The notes: generated by a model not told the origin, from the letters alone. Positions 39,342 to 49,916 are shown, numbered from the stretch's first letter. The stretch is DNA of 64,000 nt from Pseudomonadota bacterium (GCA_039180865.1 JBCDCZ010000002.1:2196-66195), one strand, 5' to 3'. A program made the numbers and translations.

Positions 39342-39505
39342 GCGCCCTCAGGCAAAACCGGACCCTCACTGCAAGGCTTTGAGCCGAAGAACGGTCTGGC
39401 TATTCAGTGGGGCGTGACAGCAAATCTGCCCCGAGATGCGAGGGATGACAGTCACGTCACTCCCAAATGAGACATGGATCATAAACTCTATCCGTGCTTA
39501 CACCG

Positions 39506-40504
39506 TCATACAGCAAAGGGAGCGGCGGCTTTGTCTCCTTCCGCGATTTGGGACGCAATCCGCCGTAATACCGCGGGAACGACCCGATCGCGTGGATTGC
39601 CACCACCCGAAACATGATGGGGAAAGCGCAGGATCATCTGATCGACCGCATTTTTTAGAGCGGCTTCGTCGATATGCGGTACGCTTGCAGCAAGAGTATC
39701 GGCGAGATCCCGTGCAGCCATAAGATACTCTCTCGTTTCAAAAATCAGGTCTCGCAGAAGCCCCGACCTACCATGCCCCTGGAAGCTTTGGGTCCGTTCC
39801 GGAAAGTGCTCAAGCACGGCCTCCAGTTGGGCAAACCAGGTCTCATGACTGTGGAATGGCATTGGAACCTTTCCGTTCTGCACGAAGTCTCCGGGAAACA
39901 CGATGTCATGTTCGGGGAGATGCACCATCGCCGTTGCATCGGCTTCGCCGGGTGTGAGTTCGGTGATCTGCAAGAGAACGCCACCAATGTTAACGACCTG
40001 TCCATGAGCCAGCGTACGGTTCGGCAGAGCTGATGAGATCTCGGCCTGTGTCGCAAACCGTTCTTTATGGCGTTTACGCCGCCCGGCGTTAAAGCCATAG
40101 GTGTCCTCTGCGATTGTCTTGCGGGTTCTCTCGGTTGCATAAATCGCCACATCGGGAAAGGCAGCACGAAGAACTGGAAGACCGCCGTAATGATCGGTGT
40201 GAGCATGGGTAATAAAGACCGCCGCGATCGGGCGGCCCGTGCGGGTTGCCAAAGCAATCGCGCGCTCGGCTTCGGGAAGCAGTCTCTGGGCGTCCACGAG
40301 CACAAGACCATCATCGGTATCGAACCAATGCGTGTTCACGCTATCAACGTCCTTGATATCCGAGGCGTAGGTTTCAACGCGCAGAAACCGTCCGCCATCC
40401 GGGGAAGACTGTGCCCGTGCGGGCGCGGAAGCGGCGAACGCTGCGGTAAGACCGGCCGCTCCTTTAAGGAGAACGCGGCGGTTTGGACGAAATCGATCTG
40501 CCAT
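39506..40504 (-). CDS. Tat-exported metallo-beta-lactamase fold hydrolase
   Basis: NRRVLLKG twin-arginine signal; THAHTDH, GD, GHG. Confidence 0.87.
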   Translation of the reverse strand: MADRFRPNRRVLLKGAAGLTAAFAASAPARAQSSPDGGRFLRVETYASDIKDVDSVNTHWFDTDDGLVLVDAQRLLPEAERAIALATRTGRPIAAVFITHAHTDHYGGLPVLRAAFPDVAIYATERTRKTIAEDTYGFNAGRRKRHKERFATQAEISSALPNRTLAHGQVVNIGGVLLQITELTPGEADATAMVHLPEHDIVFPGDFVQNGKVPMPFHSHETWFAQLEAVLEHFPERTQSFQGHGRSGLLRDLIFETREYLMAARDLADTLAASVPHIDEAALKNAVDQMILRFPHHVSGGGNPRDRVVPAVLRRIASQIAEGDKAAAPFAV

Positions 40505-40538
40505 AGTCCAGGCTCCAATCATCTGTCAGGTTACGGTT

Positions 40539-41480
40539 TCAGTTGGAGCTTTGAACGGTGGCACCAAATTCCTGCGCCACTCTTCGAACCGCGAAGCCGA
40601 GCACGTCCCGGCGCGTGGCACCGGCGACCCCTTGCAGAAAGGGCCATTTTGCCTCGAGAGCAAAGACGATCTCCCCTTCTTCCGGCTTCGTCAGAACAGC
40701 GTCTTCGGTGGCGCTGCGCGTCAGGTGTTCCATCACCCTGAGGAACCGTCTTTGATCGGGGATAGCCGCAACATTGGTCGGTGCGGGGCCGTGTCCCTGA
40801 TAGAGCCTTTCGCAGGCATCGAAACGCTCCTCAATCACATCAAGCTGGTGGAGCCATTCCACGATGCTCTCGAACGGGACGGCGGGGGCACCGATATTGA
40901 TAAGATCACCGATGAAAGCGACATCCGTATCAAGAACATCAACCATAACGGTCGCTTCCGCCTCGCTTGCAGCAAGAACCGAGAACGCCAGACGTTCGCC
41001 GCCGACCTCGAGGACATCGCCGTCTGCGATTGTGTGCGCATCCGCAACTGCAGCAGTCAGAGCCTCTTGCGGCGGGAACCTCTCACCATGACGCTCGTTG
41101 CGCATCGCGATAAAGCCGCGGCCATCCTCCCGGATCGAACGAAGTGTCGTTTCGTCAGTGATGATTTGCGCCTCTGGAAAGGCCGTCATCACCACCGGGA
41201 GCCCGCCATAGTGATCGGTATGCGCGTGGGTAATGATGATATGCGTGACATTCCCGGACGTCGTCGCGCGAAGGTGTTCGATCATGCGTTCTGCTTCGGG
41301 GAGAAGGCGTTGCACGTCGACCAATACGACACCTTCCGTCGTTTCGAACCAATGAGAATTCACGGAATCCACGTCGTTTACCTGGCTCGCATAGCTGTAG
41401 ACTTCGACCGCCGACGCAGAATGCGGTGCACTCAACAAGGCAAGGGAAATGGCGAGGTATCGCAACATGCTGATCTCCAT
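40539..41480 (-). CDS. Sec-exported metallo-beta-lactamase fold hydrolase (paralogue of neighbour)
   Basis: Signal peptide ending ASA; THAHTDH, GDL, QGHG. Confidence 0.87.
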   Translation of the reverse strand: MEISMLRYLAISLALLSAPHSASAVEVYSYASQVNDVDSVNSHWFETTEGVVLVDVQRLLPEAERMIEHLRATTSGNVTHIIITHAHTDHYGGLPVVMTAFPEAQIITDETTLRSIREDGRGFIAMRNERHGERFPPQEALTAAVADAHTIADGDVLEVGGERLAFSVLAASEAEATVMVDVLDTDVAFIGDLINIGAPAVPFESIVEWLHQLDVIEERFDACERLYQGHGPAPTNVAAIPDQRRFLRVMEHLTRSATEDAVLTKPEEGEIVFALEAKWPFLQGVAGATRRDVLGFAVRRVAQEFGATVQSSN

Positions 41481-41542
41481 CCTTAGGTCCGGCAGATCAA
41501 AATGATTGCCGCTCTGACATTGGATTCACTTAGCATTCAGGC

Positions 41543-41568
41543 TATTTTTGACAAGTTGACCAAAAATA
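41543..41568. promoter_or_regulatory. Probable TetR operator
   Basis: TATTTTTG-N10-CAAAAATA inverted repeat between divergent MBL and TetR genes. Confidence 0.55.
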
Positions 41569-41618
41569 AAATTTTCATGATACTGGCGAATCCCGTCGTC
41601 AGTGGTCTAGAGAGGCAC

Positions 41619-42206
41619 ATGGTTGGAACCCGGAAATTCGATGAAACGGCACTTGCAGATCAGCTCGTCCGCGCCTTTTGGAAACACGGTTATCGTACCG
41701 CCACGTTGACAACGCTTGCGCAAGCAACCGGTGTTCTGCGCGGCAGCCTTTACAATGCCTATCGAAGCAAGGAGCGTTTGATGCTCATGGCGCTTGAGCG
41801 CTATTCCATCGAACAAAGGGGACCGGTGATCGAAGCCCTTGCCCGCCCCGATATCCGGGAGGCCATAGAAGGCTATTTCGACGCCCATGTCGCACGCATG
41901 GCGAACGATAAGAACCCTACGGGTTGCCTGATCTGCCAGACAACCCTCGAATGCGGTGAAGCCGACGGTCCGATTAACGATCACATCCGGGCTCACCACA
42001 AGAGGTCCGAGGCGGCGCTTACCGAACGCTTCGAACGCGCAATCACCGAGGGGGATCTTGTTAGCAATTACGAGGCAAACGAACTGGCGATCTATTTTCT
42101 GGGAGTGTCACGGGGCATGGCGGTGATCCATCGTGCTTATGGTGATATTGACCCGGTCCGGACCATGGCGCGCGCTGCAATGGAGACGCTAAACCGAACG
42201 GAATGA
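41619..42206 (+). CDS. TetR/AcrR-family regulator (NemR/ComR-like)
   Basis: RKFDE, FWKHGY..AT...L..ATGV.RGSLYNAY.SKE; GCLI. Confidence 0.92.
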   Translation: MVGTRKFDETALADQLVRAFWKHGYRTATLTTLAQATGVLRGSLYNAYRSKERLMLMALERYSIEQRGPVIEALARPDIREAIEGYFDAHVARMANDKNPTGCLICQTTLECGEADGPINDHIRAHHKRSEAALTERFERAITEGDLVSNYEANELAIYFLGVSRGMAVIHRAYGDIDPVRTMARAAMETLNRTE

Positions 42207-42305
42207 TCAGTTGAAATCGATGCTTGGCCGCGGATTTATTACCCCGATTGACGGGCTCTCACTTTCACCCCTACCCTTCTTTAATATAACCAGAGGAACG
42301 CGGCG

Positions 42306-42935
42306 ATGACCTTTGAGACCTATCTGATTTATCTCGCCGCTGTTGCCGTCTTCTTCGCGACACCACCCGATACAAGCCAGCTTCTCATCATCTCCAACAG
42401 TGTCCGCTACGGACTGAAACGCAGCGCCTACACGATCGCCGGGGACCTCACCGCAAACTGCCTTCAGATGACTGCGGCGGCCTTTGGCCTTGCCGCCATC
42501 ATAGCGGCGTCGGCAGGCGCGTTCATTTGGATCAAATGGCTGGGTGTCGTTTATCTGTTGTGGATCGGGCTTCAACTCATATTTGCGAAAGACCACCTTG
42601 AAGACGTGTCTGCGACGGCCTCTGGCCGGTCTCTCCGCCTGTTCCGCCAGGGTTTTGTCACCTCTATGGCCAACCCCTTTGCTGTCGTCTTCTTTGGCGC
42701 GCTTTTCCCGCAATTCATCGATCCGGCACTCCCCATCCTGCCGCAACTCCTCATCCTCGGCGTTACCTATCTCGTGGTGGACGGAGCCCTCCTCATCCTG
42801 TGGGGCTGGTTAGGCGTTCGCGCAGCCCGGGCGCTTCGACGATACTCCTTCAACCTCATCAACAAAGTCTGCGGCAGCCTGATGATCGCCGCAGCCCTCC
42901 TTCTTGCGGGCAAGGACTTCCAGCGCGAGCGATAG
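42306..42935 (+). CDS. LysE/RhtB-family translocator
   Basis: TPP, IKWLG..YL.WIG, FRQGF.TSMANP..VVFF.ALFPQFI. Confidence 0.92.
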   Translation: MTFETYLIYLAAVAVFFATPPDTSQLLIISNSVRYGLKRSAYTIAGDLTANCLQMTAAAFGLAAIIAASAGAFIWIKWLGVVYLLWIGLQLIFAKDHLEDVSATASGRSLRLFRQGFVTSMANPFAVVFFGALFPQFIDPALPILPQLLILGVTYLVVDGALLILWGWLGVRAARALRRYSFNLINKVCGSLMIAAALLLAGKDFQRER

Positions 42936-42961
42936 ATGTTGCGGCCCTACAAACCGGGCTG

Positions 42962-45616
42962 TCACCCAACGTCGCGCGCCGGGTCCTCCTCTTTCAGAAA
43001 CTCGAACGCTGGCATGGGCTCTGCGAGGTAAGCCCCTTGTCCAAATATGCAGCCGATCTCCGTCATGTCCTGAAGGTGCTGGGCCGTTTCAATCCCTTCA
43101 ATAGACGTTTCAATACCCAGTTTTCTCGCAAATGCCGTGATTGATTGAACAATAGCCTTCGAAAGAAACTTGTTCGAACCTTCCGACAAGAAAGTGTGTG
43201 CGATTTTCAGCCGGTCAAAGGCAAACCGCTCCATGTGGGAAAGAGACGCATATTCCGTTCCGAAATCATCAATCGCAATATCGACCCCGAGCGCCTGAAT
43301 TTTAGAGAGTTCCCCCATGATGTCGGAAGCTTCCTTCAGGAACACCGTCTCGGAGATTTCGAGTTCCAGTCGCAGAGCCGGAAAATCATGTTCATCCAAA
43401 GCCCAGACGATTTGATCATAGAGCGCACCGTCACCCAGTTGACTGGCCGAAACATTGACCGACACACGCTGATCGCCTGGCCATTGGCTGGCGGTCTCGA
43501 TGCTCTGTTTCAGCATCCAGTTGCCGAGATTGGCCATGGCACCGTTTTCTTCCGCAATCCGGATAACTTCCGACGGTGCGATTGGTAGATGCGATCTGTC
43601 TTTCCAGCGCAGTAGTGCTTCCGCACCGACCCGCTTCAGCGTTTTGAGTTCAAAAACAGGCTGGAAGTAAAGCTCAACATTCTCCTCGATGCCGGATGAT
43701 CTGACGGCTCTCGCGACCTGCGTCTTGAGTTTCTGTTCCGCTGCCAGATCGTCGTCATAAAAACGGTAGGACCCGCGGGAGAATTCCTTCACCTTATAAA
43801 GAGCCAGATCGGCCTCGTTGAAAAGGCTATCAGAATCAGCGCCTTTTGCTCTCAAAATCCGGATACCGACACTGGCACCGATTTGAACGTGCTTTTGAAG
43901 GATCCTGAAGGGATGGCACATAATCTCGGTGATCTTGGAGGCCATCGCCTCCGCGATCGATCGCGCATTTGTCTTGCTACAGGCGAGTAAAATCGCAAAT
44001 TCATCGCCCCCAAGGCGCGCTACCAGATCACCCGTCCTGACACACCCAATCAACCGCTGCGCAGCGCTCACCAACAATTCGTCACCAGCCTGGTGGCCAT
44101 GCGTATCGTTCACCGCCTTGAACTTATCAAGATCGAGCAACATCAAGACGATGCAATCATCGTCGCTTTCAGCAAGCCTTTTTCGCTCATCCAATGCGTC
44201 ATTAAACGCGAGTCTGTTCGGCAGGCCCGTCAGAGGATCGTGCCTCGAGGCATGTTTATCGCGCTCGGCCGCGTGGATCTCCGCCGTCACATCGGAATGG
44301 GTCCCCACCCACCCACCGCCCGGCATAGGAACATGATTGGACTTGATGACCCTGCCGCTTTTGGTCTGGAACTGGGATGTCAGCGTTTTGTTGGCTTTTA
44401 AACTTTCATGGATCTTGCGAATCTGATGGTCGATATCGCCTACGAATTCACCTCGGGCTTTTTCAGCCTCAAGCAGCGACCGAAAGTCAGCGCCTTCCCG
44501 GATCTCGCCTTCCGGCTTTTCAAAAATCTCGATATATCGCTCGTTCCAGACCGTTAGACGATCGTCTTTGCCAAAGACGCTGACCCCCTCATCCATGCTT
44601 TGAAGAATGGTTGAGAGTTCTGAGGATCGCTCACGGGCAATCTTTTCGGATTTCTTGATGAATTCTTCGGTTCGCTTTTGTGCGGTAATGTCCTGAAACG
44701 CACCGATCAGCTTTGTCACGGCCCCGTTTTCATAAACCGGATTTCCGAGCGCTCGAACCCATATTCTATTTTCGCTGGCCGTAACCAGTTGCAGCTCCAG
44801 ATCCCAACCCGTCCCGGTTTCGATGGCTGTTTCAACGGCAGAACGAATTATGGGTTGCGATTCCGGCGCGTAAAAATCGATGGCTGTCGCAAGCTGCGGC
44901 TCGTAGTCAAGCGGCACTTCATGGATGCGCTTCGTTTCATCGGTCCACATGAGACGTTGCGGGTCGAGCGTGAATTCCCATCCGCCGACACCCGTCATAT
45001 CCTTAATCTGTTGAAGGAGAAGGACAGTCCGTTCTATCTCTTCGGATTTTTCCTTTTCCCGCCGTTTTGCCGCTTCCAGTTTGGTATTGGTCTTGAACGC
45101 ATTGATGAGGCCTTCCGCAACACGGCCAAGATCAAGCAATTGCGCACGCTGTGCGTCGGTCAGGTGGCGGGGTTTCTGGTCGATGACGCAAAGTGTGCCG
45201 ATATTGTGTTCACCGTCAATAGCGATCGGCACGCCGGCGTAAAAGGCTATTTTGGGGTCCCCTGTCACCAGGGGATTTTCCGCAAATCTTGGGTCGAGCC
45301 GCGCATCCTCGACGACCATCGGCTCCGTGTCCGCAATTGTGTGAGCGCAAAAAGCAACCTCCTTGCACGTCTCAGAGACGCCCAGTCCGACCTTCGCCTT
45401 GAACCATTGCTCGTCTTTGCCAACGATCGAGATCAGAGCGATAGGGCAGTCCAGAATGCTTGCGGCAAGCTGGACAATCGCATCGAATTCCGGTTCACGG
45501 CCGGAATGCCATACGCCGGATTGGTTCAGGGCGACCAAACGGCCTGCTTCGTTGGGGAGTTTTGGATAGGTGTTCAAGATTTGATGGCCTGTGGGGTTTC
45601 GCGTCAAACGGCGCAA
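42962..45616 (-). CDS. GAF-PAS-PAS-GGDEF-EAL c-di-GMP signalling protein
   Basis: GAF (AFCAHTI, FYAGVP, GTLCVID), PAS folds, HDPLTGLPNR, RTGD..ARLGGDEF, EALLRW, DDFGT. Confidence 0.93.
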   Translation of the reverse strand: MRRLTRNPTGHQILNTYPKLPNEAGRLVALNQSGVWHSGREPEFDAIVQLAASILDCPIALISIVGKDEQWFKAKVGLGVSETCKEVAFCAHTIADTEPMVVEDARLDPRFAENPLVTGDPKIAFYAGVPIAIDGEHNIGTLCVIDQKPRHLTDAQRAQLLDLGRVAEGLINAFKTNTKLEAAKRREKEKSEEIERTVLLLQQIKDMTGVGGWEFTLDPQRLMWTDETKRIHEVPLDYEPQLATAIDFYAPESQPIIRSAVETAIETGTGWDLELQLVTASENRIWVRALGNPVYENGAVTKLIGAFQDITAQKRTEEFIKKSEKIARERSSELSTILQSMDEGVSVFGKDDRLTVWNERYIEIFEKPEGEIREGADFRSLLEAEKARGEFVGDIDHQIRKIHESLKANKTLTSQFQTKSGRVIKSNHVPMPGGGWVGTHSDVTAEIHAAERDKHASRHDPLTGLPNRLAFNDALDERKRLAESDDDCIVLMLLDLDKFKAVNDTHGHQAGDELLVSAAQRLIGCVRTGDLVARLGGDEFAILLACSKTNARSIAEAMASKITEIMCHPFRILQKHVQIGASVGIRILRAKGADSDSLFNEADLALYKVKEFSRGSYRFYDDDLAAEQKLKTQVARAVRSSGIEENVELYFQPVFELKTLKRVGAEALLRWKDRSHLPIAPSEVIRIAEENGAMANLGNWMLKQSIETASQWPGDQRVSVNVSASQLGDGALYDQIVWALDEHDFPALRLELEISETVFLKEASDIMGELSKIQALGVDIAIDDFGTEYASLSHMERFAFDRLKIAHTFLSEGSNKFLSKAIVQSITAFARKLGIETSIEGIETAQHLQDMTEIGCIFGQGAYLAEPMPAFEFLKEEDPARDVG

Positions 45617-45718
45617 GCCCTACACCTTCGCCCGTTTACGTTAATGATCGGTATAAATGCCCCAGGTGCTTTCGCGTATCCCAATCATGTGGCGACCTAT
45701 CAAAGCAGGCAGAGACCC

Positions 45719-46549
45719 TCAGTTCCAGTCGCCAAAAAACCTATCCCAGATTTTCTCGCCGATCAGGCAATCATAGCCAGAAACGCGTTCCACCCTCGCC
45801 TCTTTCGGTTTTAATCCAGCAAGTTCCAGGATCAGCTTCTGGCGCACCGCATCGGGGAAATCCTGCCATTCGCGCACGGGGATCACAAAGGCTGCCGGAC
45901 CGGTGATGACGCAATGGCGGTAATATTCATCGAGATCGTCAAGATGCCATTGCGAGCCGAGACCCTCCTGGGTCATCAGAGGCAGTCCGTTTATCGTAAT
46001 ACCTCGAGACGCCGCATCTGCTCGAGCGGACAGGACCGCGCGCCCGTCGTTGTTTGGCCCATCACCGGAAATATCGATCACACGGCGCATGCCTTTGAAG
46101 CCGTTTTCCTCAAATCGCGGAATGGAGTAATCGATGATGCCGGAGATCGACGTGCGCCGGAGTGAGGTGTTGAAATTGGCTGTAAGTTTCGCAGCAAAGG
46201 CTTCCAAACCTTCGCGGCTTTCCACAAGTGTCCAATCGACAATGACGCGCTGGGAATAGCTCCCCGCCCATTCCACGTAGGTAAGCGCCACTTTACCATG
46301 GAGCCCGCCCAAGGTGATCGCCTGTACGACCTCATCGCTCACGAGCGCTTCGGCATAACCGCGTCTCTGAATCTCGAGTTCACGCGCTGTCATTGAGCGG
46401 GACACATCAACGGCAAGGATCAGTTCCACATCGACAGGCGTCTCGGAGCGGGCCGGAACGACAAGGGCCGTCAAGGCTGCAAGGGCAACAAGACCGGATC
46501 GGAGCGTGCGCATAGTTCGAGTTGAACGGGAATCCGTTCGCTTGTCCAT
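45719..46549 (-). CDS. DUF1194 (VWA-like) exported protein
   Basis: VDVELILAVDVSRSM, RRVIDISGDGPNN, ITINGLP, KLILEL. Confidence 0.9.
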   Translation of the reverse strand: MDKRTDSRSTRTMRTLRSGLVALAALTALVVPARSETPVDVELILAVDVSRSMTARELEIQRRGYAEALVSDEVVQAITLGGLHGKVALTYVEWAGSYSQRVIVDWTLVESREGLEAFAAKLTANFNTSLRRTSISGIIDYSIPRFEENGFKGMRRVIDISGDGPNNDGRAVLSARADAASRGITINGLPLMTQEGLGSQWHLDDLDEYYRHCVITGPAAFVIPVREWQDFPDAVRQKLILELAGLKPKEARVERVSGYDCLIGEKIWDRFFGDWN

Positions 46550-46752
46550 GCGCTATTTGACCCAATAAAGCCTCGCCGCATCACCTTTTCGTCAGGGCGC
46601 GAGCAGGCTGCGCTTGATTGTTGAAAACCTTAGACTGAACGAACGTGGAAGAACCTAAAAGACGGCAATCAGTCATTTAACGCACGCCATCCAAGATACG
46701 GATCTTCGCGACTCCAAGGGCCATTCACCGTATTTTTGATGCGCCAATCCAC

Positions 46753-47637
46753 CTAATCCAGGCGTTGTGTTCTCCAAAATCTGGGCGTTTGTCCAAAACG
46801 GCGCCTGAAGGCTTTCGCGAACTGCGCCGGGCTCTCAAACCCTACGCTTTGGGCAACGTCAATAACACTCCTGCTCCTCCTGGACGCCAGATATTCAGCA
46901 GCCGCGTCCAGTTTTTTCTGAAGGACATATTGATAAGGCGTATTCCCGGTTGTTGCCTTGAAACGCCGTGAAAAGTGATGGCGGCTCAAACCAGAAATCT
47001 TCGCTAACTCATCAACGAGAATCTGACGATCTATATGCTGCCCCACATAGACATCGATATCCTCAATCATACTGCGGGACAAGGGCACGACACTCTCTAT
47101 TTCGTCTGAGTGTTCTACCTCCTGAACAGCCTCGTCCAAAAGCTGATGAACGATCATAAAGGCTGCGTATTTCAGGACACTATCGGAGGACATGCCCGGA
47201 TTCGAATAGCCGATCTGCATCATGGTTTTCTCAACCAGCGGATCGTGAAACGGCTTGGAAATGACGTCGTGCCGCAATCTGTTTGGCCATTTATCTCCAA
47301 AGACTGAGACAAGTGCCTTCACCTCTACCCCAAGGCCGATGACTCTTAACTCAGGCCAAGAGCCGAAACCTGGAGATGAGGGTGCGGCGATACCGATGTC
47401 CCCTGGTTCGATGTAGGCATCAAAATCCTGTCCGCTTGTTTTCTGGCAAACGCGCCCGCCGCCGGAAACGCATAGCAGTACAAAAAGCGCCGGCACATTC
47501 GGAACCGGCCCGCTTAAAGCCTCATATGAGGCATCATACATCATAATCGAATTCGATGAATCGATCTGAATGCTGTGAACCTCAGCCCCAAGGTCGGTAA
47601 GACGCTGCTGAACAATACCTTTGGGTGGAATCGGCAT
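46753..47637 (-). CDS. AraC-family regulator divergent from TonB receptor 1
   Basis: LAKISGLSRHHFSRRFK..TG.TP; VAQSVGFES..QFAKAFRRRFG.TP. Confidence 0.92.
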   Translation of the reverse strand: MPIPPKGIVQQRLTDLGAEVHSIQIDSSNSIMMYDASYEALSGPVPNVPALFVLLCVSGGGRVCQKTSGQDFDAYIEPGDIGIAAPSSPGFGSWPELRVIGLGVEVKALVSVFGDKWPNRLRHDVISKPFHDPLVEKTMMQIGYSNPGMSSDSVLKYAAFMIVHQLLDEAVQEVEHSDEIESVVPLSRSMIEDIDVYVGQHIDRQILVDELAKISGLSRHHFSRRFKATTGNTPYQYVLQKKLDAAAEYLASRRSRSVIDVAQSVGFESPAQFAKAFRRRFGQTPRFWRTQRLD

Positions 47638-47677
47638 ATGCGCTCCCCAATGAAATCGCTATCACAACGCTAAGTTA

Positions 47678-47698
47678 ACATGAGTATTTTTGTCAAGT
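47678..47698. promoter_or_regulatory. Iron-responsive operator-like box (TGA-N9-TCA; RirA/IscR type)
   Basis: ACATGAGTATTTTTGTCAAGT between araC and the TBDR gene; a similar box lies at 61134. Confidence 0.65.
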
Positions 47699-47798
47699 TA
47701 GCGAGAATACATCATTTCAGCGCACGATCGGGTTAGATATCATTCAATCATACCAATAGTATAGCCCAATCAATCGCAATAAATGCGGGGGCGCTTTG

Positions 47799-49916
47799 AT
47801 GAAAATTCATGCAACTTACAGTCTCTTGATGACGACCGCGCTGGCGGGGCTGGTCACTCCTGTTTTCGCGCAAGAGATCCAAACTTCCAACGGTACGGCG
47901 ATCCTTCTCGATGAGATCGTACTTAGAGGCGACAAGGTCGGACGCACGATACAGTCGGCAACAGCAGGCACTACTGTCATAAACGGTGAGACGGCAAATG
48001 CAGCGGTCAATCAGGACATCGATGACGTTGTTGCCGCTGAAGCCAATGTCCTTGCCAATGAAGGGTTCTCACTGCCGTCGATCAGGGGAATCGATTCCAC
48101 CAGCGGTGGCAGGCCAAGCATAACGGCCGGTTCGCAACCAAGAACTCCCATTCTGGTGGATGGCGTGGCCTTGCCATCGAATGAGTCATCGGCGATTTCA
48201 TCGGTTTCTACTTGGGATATCGATACTGTTGAAGTGGGGCGCGGACCACAACCAACAAACACCGGGCGCAATGCAATCGGTGGCGCTATCCGCGTTTTCA
48301 CAAATGATCCAACCTATGATTTAGAGTTTGCGACCAGGATCGGATATTTCAACCAGAACGGAACGATAAACGGCGCAGCGCTTGTTAACATTCCGATCGT
48401 GGAAGACCAGGCAGCCCTTCGCTTTACGGCGGAGGGAAGCTTTGGAGACAGTTTCGTTGATATTGTTCCATCAGTTCCGGCCGGTTTCGATCCAAACCAG
48501 GAGACATTTGGACGGGTGAAAGGCAAATTGCTGCTGGAGCCCTCGAGCCTGCCAGGTTTGAGTGTTTTGGTAAGTGTCGACCATCTGCGCAACGAAGAAC
48601 CGATTGACGGCTTCGTGGATGATGTCGAGGCTGTCAGTATCAGTGGGGCGAACCCATTCGGGCTTGTATCTTCCTTTGAGGAAGTCGATCAGACAGTCTA
48701 CCAAGCCCGTGCAAGCTATGACTTCGACGAGCGCTTCACGCTGGTGAGCCGTGTTGCCTATCTCGACAATTCGCTCCTCTTTGCTGATACCGGAGACGTC
48801 TTCAACTTTGGCTTTCCGTTCGCTTTGGGCGCGACCGGTTTTGACAAAGACCAAATCGAAGGTGAGGTCTATCTCCAATTCAGGGATTTGGGCGTCATCA
48901 GACGAGGTGTCTTCGGTGTCATACACAACACTGAGAAAGAAGACGGCTTTAACAGCGGCACGCTCGAATTTACAGCGGATGGCGAGATCAACAACACGGG
49001 TGTTTACGGTGAAGTCGAAGTGTCGGCGGATCGCTTCGTTGACGGCTTGACATTCATTGGCGGCGGGCGCCTTGAGATTGATAATCGGTTCCGCGACACC
49101 TTTGCTCCTGCGGGCAATCCGGTTGGCGCTTTCTACGGCAGCGAGACGGAGTTCCTGCCGAAAGCCGGTATTCGATATGAACCGACCGACAACCTTACCT
49201 TCGGCTACACATTCTCCAGAGGGTTTCGGGCCGGTGGCCTCGACGTTGATTTAACGGCGCCCATATTCGGTCTGCCACTCTCGATTTCCGAGTTTGGGTC
49301 GGAATTCATCAATCAGCACGAAGTGTACGCAAGAGGCTCGTTCCTCGATGGTAAGCTCGACCTTTCTGCCACCGGTTTTTACTACAAGTGGGACGATGCA
49401 CAGGTGGAGGGCGCAGCATCTTTCTTCGGCGGCGGTGTTGTGCTGATCGGAAACGTACCCGAAGCCATCGGGTTCGGCGGTGAGTTTAATGCTGCATACA
49501 AAATCAACCAGCAGTTCAGTGTCAAAGCAGCTCTTGGTCTGCTCGAAACGGAAATCACAGATGCGGGAACGGGACTTGCGACTTTTGAAGGTTCGGCCCT
49601 TCCCCGCGCACCCGAATTAACAATATCCGGTGGTCTCACCTGGCAGCCGATGGAGAACTTAAAGGCTGCGGTTGATGTCCGACATATCGGCGAAACATTC
49701 ACCGGTCTCGGCGAAGCCACGCTCGATAACTACACCGTCGTCGATGTCTCCGCCGGGTATACCGTCAGAACCGGAAGTTCCGAGTTTCAACTGGAAGGCT
49801 TCGTCAACAATATCTTCGATGAAAGCTTTATTACCTTTTCCGAGGCTGGCTTCATAACTCTGACGGCGGTTGGACGCCCGCGGACTTTCGGTGCGCTCCT
49901 GACGGCGAAATTCTGA
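47799..49916 (+). CDS. TonB-dependent siderophore receptor (FyuA-like)
   Basis: Signal peptide, LDEIVL TonB box, VEVGRGPQ...GRNAIGGAI plug, NNIFDE, C-terminal Phe. Confidence 0.92.
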   Translation: MKIHATYSLLMTTALAGLVTPVFAQEIQTSNGTAILLDEIVLRGDKVGRTIQSATAGTTVINGETANAAVNQDIDDVVAAEANVLANEGFSLPSIRGIDSTSGGRPSITAGSQPRTPILVDGVALPSNESSAISSVSTWDIDTVEVGRGPQPTNTGRNAIGGAIRVFTNDPTYDLEFATRIGYFNQNGTINGAALVNIPIVEDQAALRFTAEGSFGDSFVDIVPSVPAGFDPNQETFGRVKGKLLLEPSSLPGLSVLVSVDHLRNEEPIDGFVDDVEAVSISGANPFGLVSSFEEVDQTVYQARASYDFDERFTLVSRVAYLDNSLLFADTGDVFNFGFPFALGATGFDKDQIEGEVYLQFRDLGVIRRGVFGVIHNTEKEDGFNSGTLEFTADGEINNTGVYGEVEVSADRFVDGLTFIGGGRLEIDNRFRDTFAPAGNPVGAFYGSETEFLPKAGIRYEPTDNLTFGYTFSRGFRAGGLDVDLTAPIFGLPLSISEFGSEFINQHEVYARGSFLDGKLDLSATGFYYKWDDAQVEGAASFFGGGVVLIGNVPEAIGFGGEFNAAYKINQQFSVKAALGLLETEITDAGTGLATFEGSALPRAPELTISGGLTWQPMENLKAAVDVRHIGETFTGLGEATLDNYTVVDVSAGYTVRTGSSEFQLEGFVNNIFDESFITFSEAGFITLTAVGRPRTFGALLTAKF

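Noticed and set aside
39506-41480. Calling the MBL-fold pair true beta-lactamases
   Set aside because: Only the generic HxHxDH fold motif is visible; there is no subclass-specific evidence.
40551-41486. 311-aa plus-strand ORF
   Set aside because: Antisense shadow of the MBL gene.
44678-45814. 378-aa plus-strand ORF
   Set aside because: Antisense shadow of the GGDEF-EAL gene with no recognisable motifs.
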